Assembly (NCBI GenBank): GCA_028534125.1
Contig: CM052818.1
Coordinates: 18,292,001 to 18,356,000 of the forward strand
Reading direction: 5' to 3'
DNA from: Lama glama
Taxonomy: Eukaryota
DNA: 64,000 bases
Part shown: positions 1 to 13,100 of the stretch, one piece after another
Layout of the letters: every line of letters begins with the position of its first letter
Position numbering within the stretch: the stretch's first letter is position 1
Position numbers and translations under genes: made by a program
Notes under the pieces: model-generated
The model's input: the letters and a program-made list of their open reading frames with translations, nothing else
Databases searched by the model: none
Told to the model about the DNA's origin: nothing

Positions 1-2000
1 TGAATGGATTTGGGTTTTATCAAATGTATTTTCTATGCCTATTAATAAAATCATGTGATTTTCACTTTCAATTTTTTAATGTGGAAATTTTCTTTAATAG
101 AATTATCTAAAATTTAGCAACGCTTGTATTCTAGGACAAACCCCAAAGATAGTATTATTTGTTTAAACTCTACTGGATACACATTGTCACTATATCATTT
201 CAGACTTTTCTATTTACATTAATAAGTGAGATTGGTCTAAATCCTTTCATTCTTTTATTGTCCCTGTCTAGTTTTATTACTGATGTTAAACTAGTCACAT
301 AAAATGGGTTGAAGAGCATTCCATCTTTTGCTAGTCTCTGAAATAGTCTGTAAAAGATGGAGATTTTTCCAGCACTTTAAAGGAGTAGAATTTACTTTCA
401 AAATCACATGATGTTGACATGGCTTTTCAGTGAATAGGTTTTATTACCAACCTAATTTGTTGATGGTTATAGATCTATTCAGTTTTCTATATCTTCATGT
501 GTCAGACTTATTAAGCATATATTTCTAGGAAAATTATCCATATTGTCTGATTTTTTAAAATCTAATGTTAAAAAATTGTTCTTAGGGCTCTCTAATTTTA
601 AACATTTTTCATTTTTCTCACTCTTTTATTGGTTCTTTTTTTCTTGGTTGATATGGGCAGATTTCTTTTTATTCTATTAATCTCTCCAGAGTTTACTTTT
701 GATTTTATTAATCCTCTCTAATGTTATCTTTAAGTATTCCTATTCTTATCTTTATTATTTTCTCCCCATTCACTCTAGGTTTCGTCTCTCAAGTCAAACT
801 TAAATTCTGCAATGTGTTTTAAGGTTAGTCTGTTAGACTTTCATTTGCTTTATTTCTAAAATAAAAAATTTAAACTTAAACTCAATATATCAAGTTGTAA
901 TGTCTAGCTGAGTGTTTATCTTCTCAAAACATGTCTATCAGCCCCTCATTTGATCAATATTTTAAATTAAACTGCTTTTGAGTTTGCATTTTAAGTTCTA
1001 GCCAGAAATAGAATAAATATTTATAGTTATTTATAAATAACTTTATTTCCATAACTGTAGTTCTTTCATTAGTTTCCTGTGTTAGCTCATTAATTTTCCA
1101 TCTTTTTGGTCTCCTTTTCTGGTATAATAATTTAAAGCTATACATTTCTCTGTAAGTAGTAGTTTAGCTGTATCCCATAAGTTTCATATATTATATTCTC
1201 ATTATGGTTCAATTCCAAATAATTTCCAATTATTATTGTTATTTCTCATTTGGCCTATGTATGATTTAAAAGAAAATTTCATTCATTTGATTTGGCTTGG
1301 TTTGGTTTTGGCTTTCCAAATGTGTGTGTACATGTATTGTCAGGGGGTCATCTCTTATTTCTAATTTCTAAGTAACGGCAATGCATAATTATCAAAGAAA
1401 ATGATTTGTTTGATACCAATTTGCTTTACCTAGTGATCCACTTTTTGGTCAGTATTTATTTTAGTGTTCCTTATGAAACAGGTGAGCTTTCCCACCATTA
1501 TGAAAATCCCACCTATTCAATGAGAAACACTGATTTCTTTGTTCACTATTCCTTCTTGTTTTTTGTGCCTTCCTACTGAATTAAATGATCTTATTTCCTA
1601 AGGGGATTCTTCTGCTAAAACTCTGTTCATGGCTAATTAAATTTGTCTAAAAGTGTTTTTATTTTTATCCTCACATTTCAATGATTATTTCTGGGCATAG
1701 GATTCCAAACTGGCAGTTATTTTCTCTAATAATTTTGAAGTTATTTTGACGAAGTTTTCTAATTATTCCTTTCTTTGAAGATAATATGTATTTTTCTCTC
1801 TGTTTGCATTTAAAATATTTTCTCTTTCGGCGCTACAGTTTAAATTCACAGGTATCTGGCAGTAGATTTGTTTCACTGAGACTTGCTGAGATTTCTGAAT
1901 CTAAGGATTTATGTCTTTGATAAATTGTGGAAATTCTCCAAATGTTATTTCATTGAAAATGTCCTGTCCTCCATTTTCTGTTTCTTTCTAGAATGCATAT
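1..2000 (-). mobile_element. Degenerate old LINE-1 (L1M/L1ME-type) fragments, antisense
   Basis: T-rich strand bias with antisense ORF2-type phrases (tcaaatgtattttctatgcctatt; gtttagctgtatcccataagttt) and ORF1-type phrases (gattatttctgggcataggattcc). Fragmented, with approximate boundaries. Confidence 0.7.
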
Positions 2001-3516
2001 GTGATAGATAGGTTGAAAAGCAGTTAGGTAGGTAAGTAGGTAGATGGATAGACAGATGACATACAGAAATAGATCTCTGCATTCCATTGTCCATGTTTCT
2101 TCTCATGAACCAGTTTGGCATCAAAATTCAAATCCCTTGTCTACCAAGTGTAGACACCCCTTTCCTTACTCCTTCCCCACCCCTCCACCCCCAGGATACA
2201 CCAACTTCAATTTATCTCTTAGAATTCTGTTTGCATTCACTACTTAAGGTTCCATCTGGTATTCAGTTGTTTTACTTTGGGCCCCTAGGGATTTCTCATA
2301 CTTTCTTACAAGCTCAGCTGGGCAATTAAAACAATATTGATTATGTTTTATAGACACTTCTGGGTGATCATTAATGGAAATATCTTCAGGTTGTTTAGTT
2401 TATAACATTTCAGGAAGTGGAAGTCAAGATTCAATTTTCAAAAGAGATTTAATTATATTAATTAGTTTGAAACACTTAATACAGCTACAGATGTTGAACC
2501 TTTTTTTAGGAAATGTGCCCACTACTAGGGTTGAATTTAAAAAAAATAACTATCTAGCTAACCTATTATTAAATTGAGTCAATTATCCAAAATTCTACTC
2601 TTTGCGTGTCTTATTAATCTTTACCTTAATATTTCAGCTTCTTTGAAATTTTAGACTAATTGAGTAGTTTAAAGCAATTTTATTTATTTATTTATTTTTT
2701 TACCAGTTTGGTTTCATCATTCTTCTGCCTTGTGATAAATAGGAACAAAAGGAATGGGTCTATGTTAACTAAGATTAAGTGAGTACATTAAGGGAGTATG
2801 AACTGACCTTGATTCTTTTCAGATTGGCATTCTAGAAGTTGCTACTATTCCAGAACCATTACACTCAATCCTAAATTAAATTTAATAGTTTCATACAGAC
2901 TATGCTTGTAGTATGATTGGATAGTTTTTAGAACCAGCCTGAAATTCACCCACTCCTTCCAATCTTCCTCATATATTTATGTACTTTGGGATCTTTCACA
3001 TTTCAATCCTTGTATAATATTCATAGTTATTACACCAACTGTATCTCACATCTGTCTCTTGGTGATTTCAAAGCTTCTGATTTTACCTTCTCATCTATAT
3101 AAACTCCTCTAGAGCAAGAACAGCACACTGGATTCTCTCTCATGATTCCTTCCAATGGAGCTGGTGCACATGGTGGCCAAAGGCAAACAAAGTGGAAGAA
3201 AAGAACTGTTTTCCTGAACAATAACTCTACCTGAAAGAGGAATTTCACTAATACCAATAAATAATAGGAGACTAAAGTAATGAAGGTTTCTGAAACTATC
3301 CAAGTCCACTGTATTGAATTCCTACTGACAGACTGCCTTGTGGAAGGAAGGATTACAATGGAAGAAAACTAAACCTCAATTAATTACAAAGCAAGAGAAA
3401 GTGAGAGGGAGGAAAGCCAGAGGAAGAAATAGTGAAACAGTATCCCTGTTGTAGAGATTCCCAAAGGGTCACTTGTAATTCTACCCTCAAGCCTAGAACT
3501 CTGAGACTGTTCGATA

Positions 3517-4520
3517 GCCATCCATTCAGTTATTCAAGAAATATTTTTCTGAATGCTTGTCATGCACCAGCCACTGTTTGAGACATTTGGTATATAGCAG
3601 TAGACGTGTCACACAAACATTCCTGCCCTCACAGAGCTTGCATTCTAGTTGTGGGTAAAAGGTAAATAAATGTACGAATATACAAATAAATAAATAAATA
3701 GAAGATATAACTTGTCAAAAGCACTATAAAGAAAGGGGGCTAGGGGCTAAGTCGGGGAAATTGTCATTTTTAAATAGGGGGGTTAGGAAAAGCCTCACTG
3801 AGAAAGTGACATTTGAGCAAACAGTTGGCTGAAGGAGCAAGCCAGAAGGACATCTGAGAGAGGAATGTTCCAGGCAGAGAGAATTACAAATGCAGAAGTA
3901 TTAGGCAAGAAAGAACCTAGCATGTACAAAGAACAGCAGAATACTGTGAAAAGAATGGGATAAACAAAGGAGAGAGTTGTCAAAATTGAGGTTAGAGGGT
4001 CTATGAGAAGGGAGAGTGGGAAGGTCCTACAGGATCCTGCAGGCTATTAGATACAATTTGGTTTTTTTCCTGACGAAGATGAGGAGCCACCGGAAGGAAT
4101 TTTGAGGCAGATGTGAGACAAATACTTCAAGGAGAAGAAAATGGCAAAGGTGAAGTTAGCTGAGGTTAAGACTTTTCTTAGCTGGGAAAAATTAAGGCAT
4201 ATTTGTATACTGATGGGCAGAATCCAATAAAAAAGCAAAAAAAGGTGAATAGAATGTATGAAAGAAAGAGGAAAATTGCTGTAATGACCACCTTCACTAG
4301 AAGAGAGGAAAAGAGGTATGGTGTGGATTGGAGGGGCTGTTCTTAGTCAGGACTCTGGACAGTTCATCCGCTCTAACAGGAGGGAAGGCAGGGTGTGTAA
4401 GCCCTGGTGCAGGTGGGTGGATGGCTGGGAGCCATGTGAGAGTATAAGGAAGTTCTCTTCTACTGATTTCATTATCTCCGAAGTAAGAAGCAAGGTCAGC
4501 TAAGCTGGGCAATAGGGAAG
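3517..4520 (-). mobile_element. LINE-2 (L2a-like) 3' portion
   Basis: Begins with a reverse L2 tail (ccattcagttattcaagaaatatttttctgaatgc). Also cctgccctcacagagcttgcattctag, ggaaaagcctcactgagaaagtgacatttgagc and gttccaggcagagag. Confidence 0.8.
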
Positions 4521-4579
4521 TGATATTGGGGGTTGGAGTAGAGAAAGAGAAGAGGGCTCACACAGCGCTACAGGACACA

Positions 4580-4805
4580 TGGAGTAGCAGTGGCAAGAGG
4601 GTTCATATTCCAGCTTTGCTACGTATTAGCCATGTAACCCTGGGCAAGTTTTTTCACCTCTCTAAACCTCAATTTCCTCTTATGCAAAATGAAGGTAACA
4701 ATAGTGCCAGCATCACTGCTTTGCGGTATGGGTGAAAAGAGATCGTTTAGAAGCAATTGTAATCAGTACTCAATGGCAAGCACTAAGTATATGTTGGCTG
4801 TTAGC
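4580..4805 (+). mobile_element. MIR SINE ending ~75 nt upstream of exon 2
   Basis: Core ccatgtaaccctgggcaagttttttcacctctctaaacctcaatttcctcttatgcaaaatg. Confidence 0.85.
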
Positions 4806-4879
4806 AGAAACTACACATTAGGCACTCAATGATTTATCAGTAAATGGACTGTGATATTTTATGTCCATTCTCTTTTCAG

Positions 4880-4951
4880 GAGGTTTGTTCTGACCAAGCT
4901 TCGAGTCATCCCAAAAGGAGCATTTTCTGGATTTGGGGACCTGGAGAAAAT
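4880..4951 (+). CDS. FSHR: FSHR coding exon 2 (LRR ectodomain), 72 nt, phase 2-2
   Basis: Acceptor tctcttttcAG (AG 4878-4879) and donor GTATGT at 4952. G AGG TTT GTT CTG ACC AAG CTT CGA GTC ATC CCA AAA GGA GCA TTT TCT GGA TTT GGG GAC CTG GAG AAA AT translates as [23 protein letters not shown], matching FSHR residues ~52-74 from memory. Confidence 0.97.
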
Positions 4952-5944
4952 GTATGTACCTGAGTGTGTGAATGTTTCACATGGGCTATGGGCACCAACC
5001 TCAGATCACGCGTAGCACAATGCTCTATACTTAGAAATCAGACTGACATACCAAGCAAACATTTTGCACCTTGTCCCATTTTATTTCCTTACCACAGTTC
5101 CTAAACAGTAGTGTGGACTCAGTGTGTGGCCATTGAAGTGGGCATAAGGTCAATCCAAGCAATTCTCACTTTTTTTTGTATGAGGTATTGCTCCCAAAGT
5201 ACCTGTGAGTGGAATTTTTATAAACCAAAGCCTGTTTTCTCTGCTGACATTCATTCTTTTTAAGGGACACTCTCTATTATTTCTTTGATTAATATTTAAT
5301 TGAGAGCAGGGACTAACATTTGTGCTTTAGAGGTTTCTAGATTTTTTTGTTCCTAAGCCATGCTGACAAGTGGTAATTGATACATAAACATTTGAAAGTA
5401 TTGGGAAAGTTTACAACACTGAGGGGAAATGCCTTTGAAAAGAGACTTCGTTAATGTAAACAACCACTTTTTATTGGGCTAGTTTAATGTAGGGGTTTCC
5501 CCAATTAGGCTTTTGGTGAAGTGGGGCACGGTAAGGAAAAACAGCAAATTCTTCCATGCTTAAGGTAACCCCTGACCCCCATCACCTTTAAAGGTAATTG
5601 ATCCCATCTCCCAGGCTTTTAGGGATGAGAAAATGTGTTTTTTGCCACAGTAGCAGCCAGAATTCAGGACTTAAATGCCACTAAATACAGCTACAGATTG
5701 ATGGATTACACAGATGGGAACTTTTTTTTCATTGTTAGAATAAAAAAAACCCCAGGTTATATGTGTTTCTACTTCTGTAAGCCATTCAAGTTATTCCTCT
5801 TGGTTCTCTCAACCCCATTTCTAAAAAGAATTCTCGCCCAGATCTGAGGAAGCAAGAAAGAAATCCGTTAATGAAAAAAACACAAAGGAGAGAGTAGCAA
5901 TGTGTTTCAGCAGTTAAGCCACCTGCTAGGAGGAGGTTGGTCAG

Positions 5945-6050
5945 AATCTTGGCTCTGAGTGTTAGTTTTAATATAAACTTACTGTGTAACCTTGATTAAA
6001 TCACATTATCTCTCAGGGTCTTGGTTTTCTCATCTACGTATTAAGGGAAG
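5945..6050 (+). mobile_element. MIR/MIR3 fragment
   Basis: ctgtgtaaccttgattaaatcacattatctctcagggtcttggttttctcatct. Confidence 0.65.
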
Positions 6051-6739
6051 AGTTTTTAAAGGGGGAGATGGCTTATGTGATGTCTAGTTTCTATGTGCAA
6101 GCACCGCCCAGTTGGATGCGAGTCCAGTTTAAGACCTGCAGCCTTCAGGGTTTACCTTCCTGAAGACATTCAACACTCATGGAAATTGGGAGATGGGGCA
6201 CTCATCTGAGAGCTCACCAAGGAAAACAGGGAGGGAACAGAGTTGGAGAGCTTTTGGCTCAAGGTGTATTCCTGGATAGATTAGCTATTGCCCTGCCTGG
6301 AATTAACAAGGACTAGGTGACTATTGGTTATGTCTCATCACCACCCTCAACAGGTCTATAATTGCAAAGAAATTAATCTAAAGACAGGAATATCAGACAT
6401 CACAAGTAATCCACCACTCAGTCTAGCAAATGTGACTGATCCCTCATTGGGTGCTCAGCCTCCCATGAGACAGATCTTCCTGTAGTGATATAAATGGTTG
6501 ATCTGAGCCGACATAGCAATAATCCCAGAGACAGAGCAGCTGGTGCAGAAACTCAACTTCCTCAGACATACCTCTCTTCTTCCTTTACGTTCTTCCTCCA
6601 GTTTTTAATCAGTTTCTTGAACTTAATAAAGATTGGCTTTCTCTTCAATATCCCCCTCTCCACCAATCACAAAGTCCCTTTCCCTCCTTCTGCACATGTG
6701 GCCTAGGTTCGCCTCTCCTTATTAAAAAGAAGGTGAAAA

Positions 6740-7955
6740 GCTTTCTGGGGAAATCCTGCCTTCTTTCCCTGCTACCTTCCTCTCTCCTCCCCATCACTGC
6801 CACTCTTCTGAAAGAGCAGCCTGCATGCCCTGACTCCCTCTCCTTTCCCTTCAATCACCCCTCAGTCTGTGCACTTGCTGTCTGACCACAAATTCCCGTA
6901 CACTATTAGATTATTCTGTCCAAGATCCCAACAATACCAAAACTGCCAGAACTGATGACCTCTATTTTGTCTTTTTAGTACTTAACCTGTAGGTATCGTT
7001 TGATTCCACTGACTATGCATACCATCCTTCTCAATCCTCTTACCCCTTTTAACTTCAGTGACACCATGCCCCCCTGCCTGCCTTCTGAACCTTCCAGACT
7101 ACTCCATAACCAGTTCTGTCCATTTTCTTGTTCCTCAACTGCCCCTCAGAAATTCAGATATGTTCCGGGGCCCCACTTTTGGCCATTTTCTTTCTTTACA
7201 GTCACATTCTCAAATCAGTATTTATCGAATAATGTCTTACTACTAGGTTTAGAGCTCCTAAACCTTCATCTGCAACCCCCACCTCTCTTCTGAAGCAATA
7301 ATTTTTGTTTTGAAAGGGAGAGATTCCTAAAGATCTACACCTAAGTGAACTGCCAGTGCCTCATATTCAATGTATCCAGACAAATTCATTATCTTTATCC
7401 TACAACTTCTCATCTCCCCATATTGCCCAGTGAGTAACATCACCATCTGTCCAGACTCCCAAGCAAGGAAATTCAGTCTCCTTTGACTCACATACTTCTC
7501 TCTCCTTTATGTGCAGGTGCTCTTCCAGTCCTATTGACTCTCCGTCAAAAATATCTCCAGAATCCCTTCCTCATCTCGCTCCTGCTGCTATGTGCTTCAA
7601 AGTCACTTGTATAACCTACTGCATGAGGCTGCCTTGCCTGTCCCAGCTCCATTCTTCCGCCACTCAGCTTCCAGACCTTCCCTGCTCAAACTCCCTTGCC
7701 AAAGAAACTTTAGGAACAGTCATTGCTCTAGGTTTCAGTCATAAGTTCCTGGCCAAGAAATCAAAGTTGTTATCTCCCAATATACGCAGTGCAGCCCATA
7801 CTTTCTCCAGGAAGGAAGATTTGCCATTTCCCAAGCACTCCCATTACCAGACATTATGTTGCTTATTTAGAACGTGATGGCTCGTTCTTTGGACAATGCC
7901 TGACACATAGAGGTACCAAAAAAATCAGTGCAGGTGAATGCATGAATGAACAAGT
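6740..7955 (+). mobile_element. LINE-2 (RT region to 3' tail)
   Basis: Pyrimidine-rich L2 body (ctcatattcaatgtatccagac; caccatctgtccagactcccaagc) ending tgcctgacacatagagg...gaatgcatgaatgaac. Confidence 0.7.
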
Positions 7956-8359
7956 AAACAAATAAACTTTCACACCAGTCTTACGTAGATGCTGTCCTTC
8001 TGCCTAAAGTTCCACTTGGTAGCATCCTGCTTGCCCTGCAGGAGCCAAACCAGATGTTTACCCTTAGGCACAGCCTTTCCAGAACTCTCCACACCATAAT
8101 CCTGTATTTGTAGTAGCAATAGCACATTTAGCAGATTGTATTTGGAATTTACAGGATTTTTTCCAGATCCCTGGATTGTTCTTTAAGAGCAAGGTCAGAA
8201 TGTAACTTAACTTTGTATTAAATACAACACCAAGTCCTGTTGTTTTTACCTCCTTGCTATACCTCTCATCTGCCCACTCATCTTCTTCTCCAGCAACCAC
8301 AACCTTTCCCTGGAAAACTGCACAGTCTTCTACATATGCCGCCCCACCCACCAGCCTGC

Positions 8360-8972
8360 TCTTCCCTCACCCCTATCCATTCTCTACAGAGCAACGAGGG
8401 TGATGTTTTCTAAATTCATATCTAATCATGTCACATTTGACACCTGTTCATACACAGACATACACAGATACACTCTATGCTTCACTGCTGCTCTTAACAT
8501 AAAGAAGAAACTAGACCTTTCACATTCTCTCCTTTGCTCTACTAACCCTTTTTCAGTTCGTAAAGTGTACCAAGATATTATGCTGCCTACTATAGGCCTT
8601 GCCTGACCCAGACCGTTCTTCTGTCTAAAACTTCCCTTCCACTCTGACCTCTTAATTTCGTCAGTTCCTCCTCATTCTTCAGTTTCCCACACCAGTGTCA
8701 CTTGCTCAGGAAAGCCCCCCTGACTTCCCCAACGGGGGCAAAACCCCTCCTGATACACTGGCATATCACCAGTCTCTGTGTGAGGACAGTCATTTCAGCA
8801 CTTTTAGATTTATTTATGCAATAATTCAACCAATGTCTAACTCCCCTACTGGACTGTAAGCTCCATGAGCATAAAGACATGATTGCTTTTACCCAGTATG
8901 GTATCCATGGAGTCTCACACAGAGTCAGATATGTACAGTAAATATCTGATAAAAACATGAATAAAAATGAAC
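8360..8972 (+). mobile_element. LINE-2 3' end
   Basis: ctacagagcaacgagggtgatgttttctaaa...tctaatcatgtcac; caggaaagcccccctgac; ctactggactgtaagctccatgag; tail taaatatctgataaaaacatgaataaaaatgaa. Confidence 0.8.
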
Positions 8973-9181
8973 AAATATAATTAGTTGGAGAGAGAAAATA
9001 TTCAGATATAGAAAATACTAAATCTTATGATTGATAATGATAAATAACACAGGAGTTGACACGCATACAAACACTGGCTGCATATCTACTATGATCTAGG
9101 CACTTATATAGTTATAGTTGAAAATATAACCCAGGACAAAAATGTATAGGATGATGTGTGAAAAGTAAGTGATACAAACAC

Positions 9182-9750
9182 TGTACTTGTTCGGACTCTT
9201 TCTGTTGTGAGAGGTAAAAGAAAATAAATCTCAAACAGGCTTAAGAAAAAGAAGGGAATTTAATGGCTCATTTAACTTGATGGTCAGAGAGGGAGAACGG
9301 CTTTAGAAACAGCTCTATTCAGATTCAGTGCCCCAAGGACTTGGCCTCTCTCCCTCTCTCAGGTCTCTTCATTCTGTGAGTTTCAACCCTGAGCCCCACC
9401 CTGGTGGCAAGAAGGCAGAAGCAGTTCTATCTTCACACAACATCTCAGGTTCTATTTAGGGGGAAAGAGCTGATCTTTTTTTTTTTTGCTCAATCCCACA
9501 AAAATCTTAAGATTTAGTCTGACTGGCTTAGATGACACAACCATCCCTAGACCAACCACAGCAGCTAAGGAAATGTGATGTTCAAACTGGCTGTGGCCTG
9601 GGTAATGGGCTCCATTCCTAGAGTTGAAAACACCTACCCTAACCACATGACCTGCAGTGGGGGAGGGAGATCCACAAACCAAAACTGAGGCCACTGCTGG
9701 GGAAAAAAGGTGGACACTAGATGCTGGCAGTTGGGCAAACAAAGGATGTC
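9182..9750 (-). mobile_element. MaLR solo LTR (MLT1J/K-like)
   Basis: ggactctttctgttg...ctcaaacaggcttaagaaaaagaagggaatttaatggctca and tctgactggcttag...ccatccctagaccaaccacag resemble antisense old MLT1 LTRs. Confidence 0.7.
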
Positions 9751-11077
9751 TAAAAAGAAAATCAGTCTGTTCTCACCTATGAGAGAAAGGTCTCTGTGGC
9801 CAGGGTGGCTGGGGATTTGATGAGTTTAAAATATTCTTCCCCCTTCCTCCTGTTAGAATAATTGAAAGAATCCAGTAACTCTGCCCCAATTCACTCTAAC
9901 AGTTCATCTCCTTTAGTTAATCCAGCTTAATCCAGTCCCCTCTGCTTCTGTAAGAAGTCAAAAGGGGAAGAAGTCTTTTGGTCAAAGTGCGGCAGGAGCT
10001 TCTTCATCAGAAATGAAACAATCACTGTCACACACGAGTTTTAATCAGCATCACTGTCTCAAACCTCCCTACTTGTCCCTGCTACGGGACTGGCTGGGGG
10101 GAAAGGAGACCACTAAACTCTCTGCAATGTGAAGTGGCTTTGCAAAGTACACTGTAAACTGTTTACATTGTCTTTAATTACTCTGGAGCCATATGTCAGC
10201 TTGGCATAAAGGGTGAAGATTACACTAAATAGGGTGGGGGGAGTAGGTGACAATGTGGTGATTTATGGCAACCAGAAAAATTATGTATGGAAATGAGTGC
10301 AATTTAAAAACACATCTACGTGTTATTATAACACTGTAAGGGGAAGAAAACCCAGTGTACAACAAAATCTCTTTGAAAATAGGAGCATGATGAATATGTA
10401 AATAGGACCAATTAACATCAGCTGAGATATGGTATATGCAGATGAGACGGCAATGAGCCAAAATATGAAATAGTTCCCAAATCATAAATATGAACCATAT
10501 AAAATTCATTTGAAATATTCATAACATAAGGACAAAAAATATAATCAAGTGATTTATTTGCATATAAAAATGAGAACACTTGTCTGACACTCCAGCCTCC
10601 ACCCCCAGATCACTGAGGAAAGAAAAGTTAACAGAGGGACTTTAAGAGGAAGAGATTTATTGAATGAAAATTGTTGCAAGCACACTAAAAAAGTTGAGGA
10701 TCGTCCCAGTTGTCAGTTCTTCAGGCCCACTCAGCACAGATAAAGGGAAAGGAAATAAATCAGGTAATTAAAATCCTAATGGCACCAGTGCTAAAAAAAT
10801 TTGAGTTCCCATCTGCTTTGTCTTCCTAAGCACCTCTTTGTTAGCTATCTTAGGTCTGTTCCTACCCTGACCTTCTGGGATTCTGAGAGTGAATGGGCAG
10901 AAAGCCTTGAGTCCCACCTACTGAAATAAAGCAAGAAGAAAAGGCTGATGATTCTACTGGCTCCTGGTAAAAAACAAAAACAACAAAAAAAAAACTGGAG
11001 GCCAGTGTTGGAATGGCTAGACCTCTGAATGGGAAGAAGGGATTTGAATCCCTGGGCATAAAAAAGAAAATGAGGTT

Positions 11078-11258
11078 CAGTGGTTCTCATCTCAGGCTGT
11101 ACTTTAGACTCCCCTGGGGAAATTCTCAAATAATCCACAAGCCTGACTGTCACCTCCAGGGATTTTCCATTACATTTGCCTAGGGTAGGGCCAAGCACTG
11201 ATCACTTTTTAAAGCCTTCTTGATGATTCTAATGTATATCCACAGTTGAAAGCCACTG
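11078..11258. mobile_element. MER5-family hAT-Charlie MITE
   Basis: Terminal inverted repeats cagtggttctca ... tgaaagccactg and internal gatgattctaatgtatatccacagttga. Length is about 180 nt. Confidence 0.8.
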
Positions 11259-11329
11259 AGATGGATGATACTTGTTTCAATCAAATTCATAGAAAGAATA
11301 TTCACAAACATGTATGGTGTGTCTATATG

Positions 11330-11520
11330 CTGTGGCTGGAGAATAAAGAAAGATGAGATGGTGGGAGATGAGGTCAGAGAAGAAGCTGGGGTAGTGTCAC
11401 AGAGCACCTTGTAGGCCATGGGGACAAACTTGAGTGTCACAGTGAGTCTGATGGAAATTAAATGGGCTATTTTGATCAACTAAGTGAAATTATCTGACTT
11501 GCATTTGTTAAAGTTCACTT
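11330..11520 (-). mobile_element. LINE-2 fragment
   Basis: gggagatgaggtcagaga...agcaccttgtaggccatgg...atctgacttgcattt. Confidence 0.7.
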
Positions 11521-11529
11521 GTACACATA

Positions 11530-11690
11530 GATTTTGATTTGCTGATATTTTGTTAAGAATTTTTAGGTCTATAATTTTAGAGATACTAGTTTACATATTT
11601 CTTTTCCTGTAATTGATTTGTTTGGTTTTGTTATGCTGGTGCTATAAAATGAGTAGAGAAATGCTCCCTTATCCTATATACGCTGAAAGA
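11530..11690 (-). mobile_element. LINE-1 ORF2 fragment, antisense
   Basis: gatttgctgatattttgttaagaatttttagg is the reverse of the KILNKILAN-type RT-domain sequence. Confidence 0.65.
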
Positions 11691-11719
11691 GTTCCTTACA
11701 ATAACAATAGTTTTTTTTT

Positions 11720-12931
11720 CTTCCCTACAAATGGTGGTACTGAATCAACTTGGTATTCATATGGGAAAAAAATAAATAAATCTCAACCTCATATCATACA
11801 CAAAATTTGCCTCTAAATGGACCGTAGACTTAAATATAAAAGCTAAAACTTTAAAACTTCTAGAAGAAAATATAGGAGAAAATCTTCACAATCTTGGGCT
11901 ATGCAACAATTTCTTAAATAGGACACAAAAAGCATAAAATACAATTTTACTTTGAAAAAATAAAACACTCTGCTCTTCAGAAGAACAGTTATCAGGAAAA
12001 TGAAAAACCGAGTCACAGGTAGGGAGAAAAATATTTCCAAAGGATGCTTCTGATAAAGGCCTTGTATTAAGAATATTTAAAGAACTCTTAAAGGTGAAAA
12101 ATAAGTAGGTAAATAACCCAGTTGAAAATGGGCAAAAGATCTGAACAGATTCTTCACAAAAGAAGATACACAAATGGGCAATAAGTATATGAAAAGAGAG
12201 TCAACATTAGCAGTCATCATGGAAATGCAATTTAAAACCTTAATGAAATACCATTATACACCCACTAGAATGGCTAGAATTTAAGGTTGACGATATAGGT
12301 ATCAATGAAGCTGCAGAGCAACTGGAACTCTCATATGTATCTGTGAGGCTGCAAAATAGTACAAAACCTTTGGGAAGCAGTTTGACAGTTTCTTATAGGA
12401 AGTATTTATCAAGAGAAATAAAAACATATGTCCATACAAAGACTAGTTCAGGAGTGTTCACAACATTCATAATAGCCCCAAACTGAAAACAACCCAAATA
12501 CTTATCACCACAAATTGTGTTCTATGCATATAACAGAATACTAGTAAGTAATAAAATACTAGTAAGTAATAAAAAGGAATAAAATGCTAATACAACAACA
12601 TGCATGAGTCTCAAGCACTATACTAAGGCAATGAAGCCAAACACAAAAGAATATACCATACATTACATAATTCTATTTATAGGAAACTGGAAGAAAGAGT
12701 ATCTAATCAATGGTGACAGGAAGCACAAGAGTACTTGCTGGGGCTGAGGGTGATGGTGGAGACTGTCTGGGAAGGGGCACAAAGGAACTTTTTAGGCTGG
12801 TGGAGATGTTCTCTATCTTGATTATGATGGTTGTTACAAAATATATGAAATTGTAAAAACTCATCGAACAGTTCAAATGAGTGCACAGTATTATTTGTCA
12901 AATTGACCTTCAATGAAGTTGACTTTTTAAA
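11720..12931 (+). mobile_element. LINE-1 (L1MB/L1MC-type) ORF2 end and 3' UTR
   Basis: agacttaaatataaaagctaaaactttaaaacttctagaagaaaatataggagaaaatcttc; aaatgggcaaaagatctgaacag; gagcaactggaactctcata; ends caatgaagttgactttttaaaa. Confidence 0.9.
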
Positions 12932-12939
12932 ACCAACAA

Positions 12940-13100
12940 TTTTTTCAGCACCTATTTGGGGCCAGGTGTTTTAAATACCACATCTCAGTTAATCTGCACT
13001 TTACAGACGGCTAGTGACATTCAGAAAAGGTAAGCGACCAACCAGCACCAGAGTTCTTTTGTAGCGAAGCTAGGATTTGAACCCAAAATAATCTGGTCTT
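12940..13100 (-). mobile_element. MIR fragment
   Basis: catctcagttaatc...ctttacagacgg...gctaggatttgaaccca. Confidence 0.6.
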
